Positions 19,526-28,712 of a stretch of 64,000 nt of DNA are shown piece by piece; position 1 is the first letter of the stretch; every line of letters starts with the position of its first letter. Under the pieces are notes generated by a model. That model saw nothing but the letters and a program-made list of their open reading frames with translations. It was not told where the DNA came from and ran no database searches. The stretch comes from an uncultured Gammaproteobacteria bacterium. Its GTDB lineage: Bacteria > Patescibacteriota > Patescibacteriia > UBA9934. The position numbers and the translations under genes are program-made. Location of the stretch: NCBI GenBank assembly GCA_964394565.1, contig CAYMYA010000001.1:4124-68123 (forward strand), written 5' to 3'.

Positions 19526-19744
19526 CTAGCGGCGCTTGTCAGCGTCCGCGCGCTCCCCGGTGGGGAAGAGACGGGGCGCAGTCATCCGGAGCACGTCCGG
19601 GTGACCGGCAAGAGCCGCTTTACGGCTCTTGCCGTTGGGAGGCCGGGCTTCGGCGAGGCGGAGGGCCTCGGCCGGGGACGGGGGGGAGCAGTGGGAAGCG
19701 CAGTGGCGCGCTCCCCGGTGGGCGGCAGACGATCTGCGACTCAT
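19526..19744 (-). CDS. Small basic orphan ORF (72 aa), GC-rich
   Basis: MSRRSSAAHRGARHCASHC...; GGAG upstream of the ATG; sigma70-like promoter at 19816..19843; hairpin downstream. Confidence 0.45.
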   Translation of the reverse strand: MSRRSSAAHRGARHCASHCSPPSPAEALRLAEARPPNGKSRKAALAGHPDVLRMTAPRLFPTGERADADKRR

Positions 19745-19869
19745 CAGCGTGGAACTCCAAATGGAGTAGCGGGATATACCGCCATAGCCCTGGTCAAGAC
19801 GGCCAAGACTTAAAAATAATAGCATATTTTGAAGAAAAATCAAAATTTGGCCAATCTGGGGGTAAATTC

Positions 19870-19897
19870 TTGACAGGTTGGGGGGATTTGTTACACT
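19870..19897 (+). promoter_or_regulatory. Sigma70 promoter upstream of infA
   Basis: TTGACA-N16-TACACT with an extended -10 TG. Confidence 0.7.
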
Positions 19898-19960
19898 TTC
19901 GTCGCTTTACTCAGCGGTTCGTGCGCCCGCGCGAGCGGATGTGGTACGATATCGCAAGTT

Positions 19961-20176
19961 ATGGCGGAAAAAGACTTTATTGAAATGCGCGGTGAGATTC
20001 TGGAAAGTCTTCCCTCGGGAAGCTTTCGCGTGAAACTCGAAAACGACCGCGAAGTCATTGGGCACTTGGCAGGCAAGCTGCGAAAAAATCGCATCCGCGT
20101 TCTGCCAGGCGATGACGTCAAAGTTGAGATCAGTCCATATGATCTCACAAAAGCACGAATCACGTTCCGTTTCTAG
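19961..20176 (+). CDS. infA: Translation initiation factor IF-1
   Basis: Motifs [17 protein letters not shown] and [13 protein letters not shown]. Confidence 0.97.
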   Translation: MAEKDFIEMRGEILESLPSGSFRVKLENDREVIGHLAGKLRKNRIRVLPGDDVKVEISPYDLTKARITFRF

Positions 20177-20269
20177 CGGATCGGCATCTCGAGCTTCGAC
20201 CCAATCATCCCTCAATATTTTGGATGATTTTGTCTTATTCCGTTCCGTCGCTAATTCATCAGTCGCATT

Positions 20270-20383
20270 ATGAAAGTTCGCGCTTCCGTCAAAAAGATGT
20301 GCCGCGATTGCCAGGTCATCCGTCGAGAAGGCCGTGTTCGCGTCATTTGTAAGACTCCTAAACATAAGCAGCGACAAGGCTAA
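20270..20383 (+). CDS. rpmJ: 50S ribosomal protein L36 (zinc-binding type)
   Basis: Manual translation [37 protein letters not shown]. Below the ORF-track length cutoff. Confidence 0.97.
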   Translation: MKVRASVKKMCRDCQVIRREGRVRVICKTPKHKQRQG

Positions 20384-20386
20384 TCT

Positions 20387-20773
20387 ATGGCACGTATTGC
20401 TGGTGTAACTCTTCCGTCGCAGAAGCGTCTCGTGATTGCTCTGCAGTATATTTACGGCGTTGGTGAAAAGCGCGCCATGGATATTTTAGATCGCGCAAAG
20501 GTTAGCGGTGATGTCCGAGTGAAAGATCTGTCACCCGAGCAAGAAAACGCCGTTCGTACTATTGTGGAAAAAGAATATCGTGTCGAAGGTGAGTTGCGCC
20601 GCGATGTGATGTCGAACATTAAGCGCTTGAAGGATGTTGCTGCGTACCGCGGCGTGCGTCACATGAAAGGACTTCCTGTCCGTGGACAGCGTACAAAATC
20701 CAATTCACGAACTGTGCGCGGCAACGTGCGCAAGACTGCAGGAAGCGGTCGTCGTGTTCTTGCAAAGACCTAA
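20387..20773 (+). CDS. rpsM: 30S ribosomal protein S13
   Basis: Motifs MARIAGV, IYGVG and [10 protein letters not shown]. Confidence 0.97.
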   Translation: MARIAGVTLPSQKRLVIALQYIYGVGEKRAMDILDRAKVSGDVRVKDLSPEQENAVRTIVEKEYRVEGELRRDVMSNIKRLKDVAAYRGVRHMKGLPVRGQRTKSNSRTVRGNVRKTAGSGRRVLAKT

Positions 20774-20776
20774 GCT

Positions 20777-21229
20777 ATGACTGAAGAAACCATCATCGAG
20801 ACCCCAGCAGTAGAAATGACTGCTGCAGAAGCGTCCAATGCAAAGAAGGCTGCCGCCAAGGGAAAAAAGAAGGCGGTGCGTCAAATCCCACAGGGTCGCG
20901 CATACGTTCATGCAAGTTTCAATAACACGATCGTGTCGTTGACGGATGCAAATGGAAACGTGATTGCGTGGTCGAGCGCTGGAAATTGTGGCTTCAAGGG
21001 TCCAAAGAAGGCAACGCCATACGCTGCAAGCGTGATTGTGAAGAAGATCACGGAGAAGTGCGAGCCGTACGGACTGAAAGATCTTCACGTCTTTGTGACG
21101 GGGATCGGAAATGGTCGTGATGCCGCAGTTCGTGCACTGAATACATCAGGGTTTAACGTGCTCTCCATTAAGGACACGACGCCGGTACCACACAATGGTT
21201 GCCGCCCGCGCCGTGCTCGTCGCATGTAA
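20777..21229 (+). CDS. rpsK: 30S ribosomal protein S11
   Basis: Motifs ASFNNTIV, KKATPYAA and TPVPHNGCRP. Confidence 0.97.
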   Translation: MTEETIIETPAVEMTAAEASNAKKAAAKGKKKAVRQIPQGRAYVHASFNNTIVSLTDANGNVIAWSSAGNCGFKGPKKATPYAASVIVKKITEKCEPYGLKDLHVFVTGIGNGRDAAVRALNTSGFNVLSIKDTTPVPHNGCRPRRARRM

Positions 21230-21232
21230 TCT

Positions 21233-21853
21233 ATGGGAAAGAATTTGAGCCCAATGGGCAAAATGAGTCGTCGCGAAGGGGTTGCGCTGTCAACGTCGAT
21301 GTCGACGCTCAAAGTGATGCAGAAGCGACCATACATTCCTGGTGTGCACGGCAAGGCCGGCATGCGCCCAGCGAAGGTATCGGTTTTCGGTACGCAGTTG
21401 CGCGAGAAACAAAAAGCAAAGCGTTTGTACGGTATTTTGGAGCGTCAGTTCCGGAACTACTTTACAAAAGCAACGAGCATGCCGGGCAACACGGGTGAAA
21501 ATCTTGGTCGATTGCTGGAGATGCGGTTGGATAACGTGGTATTTCGTCTCGGATTTGCAAAGACGCGTCCACAGGCTCGTCAAATGGTAAGCCATTGCAT
21601 GTTCCTGGTGAATGGGCAAAAAGTAAACATCGCATCATATTCCGTGAAGGTGAATGATACGATTGAGATCAAGGCGAACAAAAAGGCGAAGAAGGTTTTT
21701 TCAGATCTTGATGAACGCCTGAAAACACACCGTGTTCCAGGGTGGCTGCACCGCGAGGGTGAGGTCGGTAAAGTGGTGAGTCTTCCAATGGGGGATGATC
21801 TGAAGGAAGCATACGATCCAAAGCTCATTATCGAGTTCTACTCGATGCGCTAA
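21233..21853 (+). CDS. rpsD: 30S ribosomal protein S4
   Basis: Motifs QLREKQKAKRLYG, LEMRLDNVVFRLG and IIEFYS. Confidence 0.97.
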   Translation: MGKNLSPMGKMSRREGVALSTSMSTLKVMQKRPYIPGVHGKAGMRPAKVSVFGTQLREKQKAKRLYGILERQFRNYFTKATSMPGNTGENLGRLLEMRLDNVVFRLGFAKTRPQARQMVSHCMFLVNGQKVNIASYSVKVNDTIEIKANKKAKKVFSDLDERLKTHRVPGWLHREGEVGKVVSLPMGDDLKEAYDPKLIIEFYSMR

Positions 21854-21878
21854 ACGCTTAGTCCCATAATTTCTCACT

Positions 21879-22628
21879 ATGGAGACCATCTTCCTTCCCT
21901 CAAAAATGCATTTCGCGCCAGGCGCTGCGATGCATGAAAGTATTCTCACCATTGAGCCGTTGCATCATGGGTACGGCACAACGGTGGGCAATGCGCTACG
22001 TCGTGTCATGCTTTCTTCACTTCCTGGTGCGGCAGTGACCGCCATGAAAATCAAAGGTGTTCAGCATGAGTTTTCTACGGTGCCCGGTGTAAAAGAGGAC
22101 GTACTCGATATCATGCTGAACTTAAAGAAGTTACGCATGAAGGTACACTCAGAGGAGCCGGTGACGTTGAAGCTCGTTGCAAACAAGGAAGGCGTGGTGA
22201 CTGCGGAAGCATTTGAAAAGAATGCAGATGTGGAAATCGCAAACGCCGATCTTGAGCTCGCAACGATTACTGACGCAAAGGCGGTACTCGATTTGGAAAT
22301 CACGGTTTCCCGCGGACGCGGTTATGTTCCAACAGAGGAGCGAGACAGCGCACCAACAGAAATCGGTGTGATCTCTATTGATGCGATGTTCAGCCCAGTA
22401 CGAAACGTCGGATTCCGTGTTGAGAACACTCGTGTTGGAGAAATCACCAACTACGACAAGCTCATCATGAATATCACCACTGATGGCACCGTGACACCGC
22501 AAGAAGCTGTTGAACAGACCACAAAAATTTTACTCAATCACTTCACGTGGATTCAGGGTCAACTCAACCACGCAAGTCTCACTGAACAGATTGCCCGTGC
22601 ATCGGAGGACGCCGAGCCAACCGAGTAA
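21879..22628 (+). CDS. rpoA: RNA polymerase alpha subunit, N-terminal domain only (249 aa)
   Basis: Motifs EPLHHGYGTTVGNALRRVMLSS, HEFSTVPGVKED, GRGY and DAMFSPV. Ends before the alpha-CTD. Confidence 0.95.
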   Translation: METIFLPSKMHFAPGAAMHESILTIEPLHHGYGTTVGNALRRVMLSSLPGAAVTAMKIKGVQHEFSTVPGVKEDVLDIMLNLKKLRMKVHSEEPVTLKLVANKEGVVTAEAFEKNADVEIANADLELATITDAKAVLDLEITVSRGRGYVPTEERDSAPTEIGVISIDAMFSPVRNVGFRVENTRVGEITNYDKLIMNITTDGTVTPQEAVEQTTKILLNHFTWIQGQLNHASLTEQIARASEDAEPTE

Positions 22629-22633
22629 ATCGT

Positions 22634-22984
22634 ATGCGTCATCGAAATAAAACAAAAACACTGGGCCGCAAGGCTGCTCCACGGAAGGCGCTTATTCGCG
22701 ACTTGGTTACCGCAATGGTAACGTATGAGCGCATTGAGGTCACTGCAGGTAAGGCACGTGTTGCCCGTCCAGTTGTGGAAAAAATGATCACGATTGCGAA
22801 GAAGAACACTCTCGCATCTCGTCGCCAGCTTTTGGCATACTTCACCACGGAGCAGCCAGTGAAAAAGCTCATTGAAGTTCTTGCGCCACGATTTAAAGAT
22901 CGCAATGGTGGGTATACGCGCATGACCAAGATGGGAACGCGTCAGGGCGATGCTGCAGAAACGGCAATGATTGAATTTGTCTAA
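22634..22984 (+). CDS. rplQ: 50S ribosomal protein L17
   Basis: Motifs MRHR, RNGGYTR and RQGDAA. Confidence 0.97.
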   Translation: MRHRNKTKTLGRKAAPRKALIRDLVTAMVTYERIEVTAGKARVARPVVEKMITIAKKNTLASRRQLLAYFTTEQPVKKLIEVLAPRFKDRNGGYTRMTKMGTRQGDAAETAMIEFV

Positions 22985-22985
22985 T

Positions 22986-23342
22986 ATGGCAACCCCAACA
23001 CGAAAAACCTATACAGTTGATGCATCGGGAAAGATTCTCGGGCGTCTTGCGACGGATATTGCAATGCACCTCATGGGCAAGACGAGTGCGGTGTTTCAGC
23101 CGAACATCGATGCTGGTGACGAAGTTGTCGTGACGAACGTTGCGAAGATTAAGGTGACCGGAAAGAAGTACGAGCAGAAGAAGTACTATACACACTCAGG
23201 TCAGCCGGGTGGTTTGAAAACAAAAACCATGCGCCAGATTTGGGAAAAAGAGCCAGCAGAAGTTCTGCGGCAAGCGGTTTCACGCATGTTACCGAAGAAC
23301 AAGCACCGCACGGCACGCATGATTCGTCTCACTATCTCGTAA
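22986..23342 (+). CDS. rplM: 50S ribosomal protein L13 (short)
   Basis: Motifs VDASGKILGRLA, DAGDEVVV, HSGQPGGLK and RMLPKN. Confidence 0.95.
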   Translation: MATPTRKTYTVDASGKILGRLATDIAMHLMGKTSAVFQPNIDAGDEVVVTNVAKIKVTGKKYEQKKYYTHSGQPGGLKTKTMRQIWEKEPAEVLRQAVSRMLPKNKHRTARMIRLTIS

Positions 23343-23343
23343 T

Positions 23344-23736
23344 ATGGCAACCAAGTATTTTCAAGCAATTGGTCGCCGCAAGACGGCAACCGCACAGGTG
23401 CGCATTTCTGTAGGATCTGGGAAGATTGTCGTGAACGGGAAGCCGTTCGAAACATTTTTCACGACTGAAGAACTTCGCGGTGTTGTGGTGCGCCCACTGA
23501 AGGAAGTAGGGAAGGCGGATGCATTTGACGTGAGTATTAAAACGGTTGGTGGCGGTATGGTTGGTCAGGCCGATGCATCACGCCTCGGTATTGCTCGTGC
23601 CCTTGTTGAAATGGAGGCAGAGCTCAAGACGGCACTCAAGGCCGCTGGTCTCATGACCCGTGATCCACGAAAGAAGGAGCGCAAGAAGTTCGGAAAGCGC
23701 GGCGCACGCCGCAGCCCACAGTGGCGCAAGCGTTAA
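23344..23736 (+). CDS. rpsI: 30S ribosomal protein S9
   Basis: Motifs GRRKTATA, GGGMVGQA and TRDPRKKERKK; ends QWRKR. Confidence 0.97.
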   Translation: MATKYFQAIGRRKTATAQVRISVGSGKIVVNGKPFETFFTTEELRGVVVRPLKEVGKADAFDVSIKTVGGGMVGQADASRLGIARALVEMEAELKTALKAAGLMTRDPRKKERKKFGKRGARRSPQWRKR

Positions 23737-23743
23737 TTACGGA

Positions 23744-23779
23744 AACAGATCCCTCTCGTCAGCTCGGGAGGGATTTGTT
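23744..23779 (+). terminator. Intrinsic terminator after rpsI
   Basis: Hairpin AACAGATCCCTCTCG/CGGGAGGGATTTGTT. Confidence 0.7.
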
Positions 23780-23792
23780 ATTGTGGTGACGT

Positions 23793-23951
23793 ATGAAGTT
23801 TTCTGAAATCGTTAGAGCTGTTCGGCGCATTGGAAAGGGAAGGAATAAAGCTTTTGAAACAAAACCTATTTCGCGCGATCAGCTGAAGAAGGCGGCAGAA
23901 AGATTTTCTACCAACTATGGTGGTGTCATTAAGGATCTTTCTAGAGAATAG
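23793..23951 (+). CDS. Putative Doc antitoxin (52 aa)
   Basis: Manual translation MKFSEIVRAVRRIGKGRNKAFETKPISRDQLKKAAERFSTNYGGVIKDLSRE. It ends 2 nt before doc, and its C-terminal helix resembles Doc-neutralising tails. Confidence 0.65.
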   Translation: MKFSEIVRAVRRIGKGRNKAFETKPISRDQLKKAAERFSTNYGGVIKDLSRE

Positions 23952-23953
23952 GT

Positions 23954-24370
23954 GTGAAACTTGTTTATCCCACGCGTCCTGAGATCGAAGAGTGGGCGAC
24001 TTGGGTTGGGAATTCGGGTTCACTGTATAAATACTTGCCAATTGTAGATGCCCGTTGGGCTAAGATAATTGAGGGTGAGTTTCAACTTACGGCATTAAGT
24101 CAGGACAGAAATGACGCGTTGAGATTTTCGGCGAGGCTGTTCTATCGAATAATAAAAAATCACAGATTTGTTGACGGGAATAAACGATCGTCTCTGGTAA
24201 ATGTTTATCTTTTCTTATCGATGAATGGGCTAGAATTAATGATTCCTCCGAGGTTACTTTATCACCTCGCAAAACAAGTTGCTGGTTCAGACGACGATCA
24301 AGAAGTCGTGATCAATATGATCGCAAAACGGTTTGGGGAAGATATTAAGGTTTGGGTAAATAAAGACTAG
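23954..24370 (+). CDS. Death-on-curing (Doc/Fic) family toxin
   Basis: HRFVDGNKRSS matches the Doc motif HxFxDGNKR. Confidence 0.88.
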   Translation: MKLVYPTRPEIEEWATWVGNSGSLYKYLPIVDARWAKIIEGEFQLTALSQDRNDALRFSARLFYRIIKNHRFVDGNKRSSLVNVYLFLSMNGLELMIPPRLLYHLAKQVAGSDDDQEVVINMIAKRFGEDIKVWVNKD

Positions 24371-24381
24371 CTCACAGATGT

Positions 24382-24696
24382 ATGAAAAGTTTAAGGGTAT
24401 ATATTGAAGATCGAAAGATGTTTCTAGAGACGAAAATGGATGAGCCCAAGTGGGAAGGAATAGCTCTTTCGGAGTCTTTGTCCTGGGATGAGATACTTGT
24501 TCTGGTCCCTGGAAGAATACTTGATACAGATTTTGACGAGGATGTTTTTAGACGATTAATGAGCTTGACTCGCTCTCTACCTGTCATCTCAAAATATCAA
24601 TACAAAGATGATTTACAGGCATTGATGTGTGAATTTCGAAACCAGGGGACTATCGGGATAGTTAACTATATTTTCAATCTCTATAGTTTGAAGTAA
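24382..24696 (+). CDS. Hypothetical protein (104 aa) in the islet
   Basis: ATG-started ORF 11 nt after doc on the same strand; AT-rich. Confidence 0.6.
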   Translation: MKSLRVYIEDRKMFLETKMDEPKWEGIALSESLSWDEILVLVPGRILDTDFDEDVFRRLMSLTRSLPVISKYQYKDDLQALMCEFRNQGTIGIVNYIFNLYSLK

Positions 24697-24725
24697 ATGT
24701 TTTAGAAGCGTTAAACACGAGCAAG

Positions 24726-24748
24726 GAGTCCCCGAAAGGGGATTTTTT
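24726..24748 (+). terminator. Intrinsic terminator
   Basis: GAGTCCCC-GAAA-GGGGATTT followed by a T tract. Confidence 0.8.
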
Positions 24749-24750
24749 GA

Positions 24751-24787
24751 TACGCAAATATAGTCTGATCGGGAAACATATGCGTAA
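24751..24787. repeat. Palindromic element, copy 2 (intergenic)
   Basis: TACGCAAATATAGTCTGATCGGGAAACATATGCGTAA; 30/37 identical to 4838..4874. Confidence 0.7.
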
Positions 24788-24868
24788 TATGTTTTACGAC
24801 ACTTGCAGAAATGGTATATACTCATTAAGCATTACTGAATCTCAGATTGCGTAACACTTGATTTTTTT

Positions 24869-25516
24869 ATGGCACTTGAAGCAACACACGTTCGGTTCGC
24901 GCTTGATCTCTTACCAGTACTGCCGGTTGTCGACATTGGCGGATATTGTGCCGGGGCAGTGTACCCGGATACTCGATATGTCACTCGAGTCGATCGGAAC
25001 GTCACACACGGTCTTGATTGCCCTCATGATCCGTTCGCGGAGGGTCTTACTGACTTTCAGCGTGGCTGGGCGACGCATTTGTTATATGATCACTTGGCGG
25101 GCGACGCGATGAAGCAGTATTTATCGCCCGAACTCGGTTCGTTATCAGCGGGCTCTCCGGCATGGGTAGAATTCACTGCCATGAAAGTCGTTGAAGATTT
25201 GGAGACACTACGCAGACGGCCAGATGTCCTTGATCATCTCCGGAGACTCTCGATCCGAAAGTCACCCTCAGGCGAGTCACTCGAGCAGCTGCAGTTACAT
25301 TTTTCGCTTACGTCTACACTCTATCGCTCGGTTCCAGAGTTTCGTGAGTACAGTCAATGGTTTTGTGCTATTGGTGCTCCGAAAGATCTCACGTACGGCA
25401 TTGCGGGGCTAGCGCAAAGCATGGTCGAGAATGCTGAACTTTTTGCGAATCTTACGGCAATTTATGAGCAGACGCTTGCGGGTGTTTTGGTTGATCAACT
25501 GCATAAAACAGCGTAA
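24869..25516 (+). CDS. Zinc-dependent phospholipase C/P1-nuclease-like fold protein
   Basis: N-terminal TH, then GAVYPD, TH and GWATHLLYD. Confidence 0.55.
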   Translation: MALEATHVRFALDLLPVLPVVDIGGYCAGAVYPDTRYVTRVDRNVTHGLDCPHDPFAEGLTDFQRGWATHLLYDHLAGDAMKQYLSPELGSLSAGSPAWVEFTAMKVVEDLETLRRRPDVLDHLRRLSIRKSPSGESLEQLQLHFSLTSTLYRSVPEFREYSQWFCAIGAPKDLTYGIAGLAQSMVENAELFANLTAIYEQTLAGVLVDQLHKTA

Positions 25517-25525
25517 ACTGCTTCC

Positions 25526-27013
25526 ATGGCTTCATTGGCAAAAAACACCGCAATGCTTACGGTTGCGTCGATGTTGCAGAAGGCGGTTGCGTTCGTGTAT
25601 TTTGCGGCGATTGCTCGCATGATTGGCACCGAAAATACCGGCTCGTATTTTCTTGCGCTCACCCTCGTCACCACGATTGGCGTGTTGACGGATCTTGGGC
25701 TGAACTCAGTGCTTATCCGTGATAGCGCACGGGATCAGGAACATACGGTCATGCTTCTGCGCCGCGTGTTTAGCCTGAAGCTTATTGCAGCGCCAATAGC
25801 AGGCTTTGTGGCCGCCGTACTCCCGCACGTGCTCGGATATGATGCCGAGACGACATTCCTTATTCTCCTCGCGATACCTGTGATGCTCGCAGACTCAATT
25901 TCGTTAACGATGTATGGTGCACTTCGTGGCGCTCAAGAGTTGCGGTATGAGGCACTGGGAATTTTTCTCGGGCAAGTGTTTACGACGATTATCGGCATCG
26001 TCGTGCTGTTTTGGATTGACGCATCGCTTCCCATGCTTATTCTCGCGCTTTTCGTTGGGAGTTCATGGAATGCGGCGTTTTCCGCGTATCATGTTGGAAA
26101 GCGATTTGGGTTTCACACGTTCATCCCATCTTTTACTGAGTGGCGTTCATTATCCCTCGCCGCACTCCCATTTTTTCTTGCTGCAGTGTTTGTCAAAATC
26201 TATTCCTTTATCGATTCATACATGCTTGGCATCGTGATCGGCGCTACTGCGGCTGGTCTGTACAGCGTCGCATACAAACTCACGTATGCATTTCAATTCC
26301 TTCCGCTCGCATTCATTGGTGCCCTGTACCCCAAAATGGCATCATTAACTGGAAAACCGGAAGAACTCAAAAAAGTATTTTTGAATGCAGAATGGTATCT
26401 TGCCCTTCTTGTTTCTCCGATTGTTTTTGGTATTTTTGCGCTTGCTCCAGAAATCATCACGCTGGTATACGGTACGGAATACGCTGGATCTGTATTGCCA
26501 CTCTCTGTTCTCATCTTTGTGCTTATTCCAATTTTTTTCGATTTTCCAATCGGCTCGTTGCTGAATGCAAGCGGACGACAACATGTGAAAACAGTCATTA
26601 TGGGGGTCACGATGGCAGTGAATATCCTTGCAAATATCTTTTTGATTCGTTGGTATGGGGTGCTCGGCGCTTCGCTCGCTGGCTGCGTCAGCTTCGTGGT
26701 CATGTTTTGTCTCGGCGCCCTTATGATCCGAGGGCAAATTGCGATTACTGTAAAAGATTGGTTCCAGTCTGTCGGAGGGTTTCTTTTGTCTGGATTCATC
26801 ATGGCTACAGCAATTCTTCTTGTAAAATCAGTGTTTCCAATGGCAGATAACGGTATATCTCGCTACCTTTGGATCGCGCTTATCCCATTTGGAGCGATGA
26901 TATTTACTGGAGTTGCATATGGTACTGGTACCTTTACAACAGCGCATTTTTCTCAAATCCGATCATTTTTCCGTAAAACTTCTTATGGAACGACTCCTGT
27001 TGCCCACGAGTGA
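25526..27013 (+). CDS. Polysaccharide flippase (Wzx/MOP family)
   Basis: Motifs LAKNT, DLGL and AGLYSVAYKL; about 14 TM. Confidence 0.9.
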   Translation: MASLAKNTAMLTVASMLQKAVAFVYFAAIARMIGTENTGSYFLALTLVTTIGVLTDLGLNSVLIRDSARDQEHTVMLLRRVFSLKLIAAPIAGFVAAVLPHVLGYDAETTFLILLAIPVMLADSISLTMYGALRGAQELRYEALGIFLGQVFTTIIGIVVLFWIDASLPMLILALFVGSSWNAAFSAYHVGKRFGFHTFIPSFTEWRSLSLAALPFFLAAVFVKIYSFIDSYMLGIVIGATAAGLYSVAYKLTYAFQFLPLAFIGALYPKMASLTGKPEELKKVFLNAEWYLALLVSPIVFGIFALAPEIITLVYGTEYAGSVLPLSVLIFVLIPIFFDFPIGSLLNASGRQHVKTVIMGVTMAVNILANIFLIRWYGVLGASLAGCVSFVVMFCLGALMIRGQIAITVKDWFQSVGGFLLSGFIMATAILLVKSVFPMADNGISRYLWIALIPFGAMIFTGVAYGTGTFTTAHFSQIRSFFRKTSYGTTPVAHE

Positions 27014-28712
27014 TTTTGCCCCGAAACGTGGTGGCGTGGCACGTATGCTGTCGGCGCTCGTCGACATGGTTCCTGATGTGCGGCCACTTGTTGTCGCAGA
27101 AACTGAACCGCATCTCTCGCTATTGAAAAGATTTTGGCACCATCGTGTGTTGTTTGATGCAATATTTGTGAGTCATGTTTTGCCCATAGGTACAGCGGCG
27201 TTTGTATACCGATTGTGTACTGGAACACCGTATGACGTATTACTGCATGGTATGGATTTTGATCGCGCACGATCGAAGAAGAAAAAATCCATACTGATGT
27301 GGTGTGTTTTGCGCGGTGCACGTCGTGTTTTTGCGAATTCTCATGCACTCGCAATGGAAGTTTCGGCATTTTCTAGACGACATTGCGATGTGTTATACCC
27401 GTGTATTTCGCAGAAATTTATTGAAGTGGCAGCAGTGATTGGTGAAAGGCAGGGGAATGGCATGCGATTGCTGACGGTGGGTCGGCTCGTTGAACGGAAA
27501 GGGCACAGAAAGGTCTTAGCTGCTATGTCGCAGATTCCTGATGTAACGTACACCATTGTCGGGGATGGGCCGATGAAACGTATTCTTGAAGATGACGTCC
27601 GTCGATATGGTTTGGAAGGCCGGGTGACATTTGTTCAGGGTGTTTCCGACGGAAAATTACCCGAGATCTACGCATCTCATGACATTTTTGTGATGCCGAC
27701 AACGAAAACACCGACGGATCGAGAAGGGTTCGGTATTGTGTATCTTGAAGCGGGACTTTTTGGGTTACCAGTGATCGCAACACGTCAGAGTGGTGTCGAT
27801 GAAGCGGTGATCCATCAGGAAACTGGCATCCTGATTGAGGATTCGGTGCAGGAGCTTGTTCAGGCAATTCGCACAGTCGTGGCCGATCCCATCCTCCGCG
27901 AACGTCTTGGTCGTCACGCACGAGCGCGAGTGCTTACAGGGTTTACTGGCGCGCAAACATTTCACGCGCTTGGCGCGCGACCTAACACGTCATCACAACC
28001 ATGGTCTCGTATTTCCGTCATTATTCCAACATATCAGCACGCACGAGCGCTTCCTGCGTGTTTACGTTCGGTATTTGCACAGACATATCCGAATGTTGAA
28101 ATCATCGTTGTTGACGATGGCTCGACGGATCACACGCAGGACGTGTTACGAGAGTACGGTACTCGCATCACTATTGTGCATCAACAGAATCAGGGTGGAA
28201 ACGCGGCGAGAAATCGTGGTCTTTCCATTGCAACCGGAGAGTACGTGATATTCGTTGATGCTGATGTTGTCATGAAACCCGCGATGCTTGATGTTATGTA
28301 TGCTATGTTACGAGCGCATCCAGAAGCCTCGTATGCCTATAGTGGTTTCCGGTTTGGTTGGAAATATTTTTCCGGTGTTCCGTTTGATGTGGATCGTTTG
28401 CGACGATCGAATTTTGTGATGACGACATCACTCGTCCGTCGAAAAGATTTTCCCGGTTTTGATCCCACGTTACGTCGATTCCAGGACTGGGATGTTTGGT
28501 TGACGATGCTCGAACAGGGAAAGACGGGGGTACTCATGCCGGGGACGTGGTTCTCAGTGGTCATTGATGGGGAATCACGAACGGGATCGTCTTGGCTTCC
28601 TTCGTTCGTGTACGATGTTCCGTGGCCAATCGTTGGGTACACGCCAAAACGCATCAGAAAATATCAGGAAGCACGTGAAATTATCGTGAAAAAACACCAT
28701 TTGCCGATATGA
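26985..28712 (+). CDS. Fused GT4 + GT2 glycosyltransferase
   Basis: GT-B half has VGRLVERKG and EGFGIVYLEA. GT-A half has SVIIPTY, VDDGSTD, FVDAD and QDWD. Confidence 0.9.
   Translation: MERLLLPTSDFAPKRGGVARMLSALVDMVPDVRPLVVAETEPHLSLLKRFWHHRVLFDAIFVSHVLPIGTAAFVYRLCTGTPYDVLLHGMDFDRARSKKKKSILMWCVLRGARRVFANSHALAMEVSAFSRRHCDVLYPCISQKFIEVAAVIGERQGNGMRLLTVGRLVERKGHRKVLAAMSQIPDVTYTIVGDGPMKRILEDDVRRYGLEGRVTFVQGVSDGKLPEIYASHDIFVMPTTKTPTDREGFGIVYLEAGLFGLPVIATRQSGVDEAVIHQETGILIEDSVQELVQAIRTVVADPILRERLGRHARARVLTGFTGAQTFHALGARPNTSSQPWSRISVIIPTYQHARALPACLRSVFAQTYPNVEIIVVDDGSTDHTQDVLREYGTRITIVHQQNQGGNAARNRGLSIATGEYVIFVDADVVMKPAMLDVMYAMLRAHPEASYAYSGFRFGWKYFSGVPFDVDRLRRSNFVMTTSLVRRKDFPGFDPTLRRFQDWDVWLTMLEQGKTGVLMPGTWFSVVIDGESRTGSSWLPSFVYDVPWPIVGYTPKRIRKYQEAREIIVKKHHLPI

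Larger units (their letters stand above)
23728..24714 (+). mobile_element. About 1-kb AT-rich islet inserted at the rpsI 3' end
   Basis: Direct repeat AAGCGTTAA at 23728..23736 and 24706..24714, toxin-antitoxin cargo, and a visible compositional shift. Confidence 0.55.

Noticed and set aside
19449-19867. Possible alaS 3'-end duplication (GGGTGTAAAT versus GGGGGTAAAT)
   Set aside because: Too short and imperfect to distinguish from chance.
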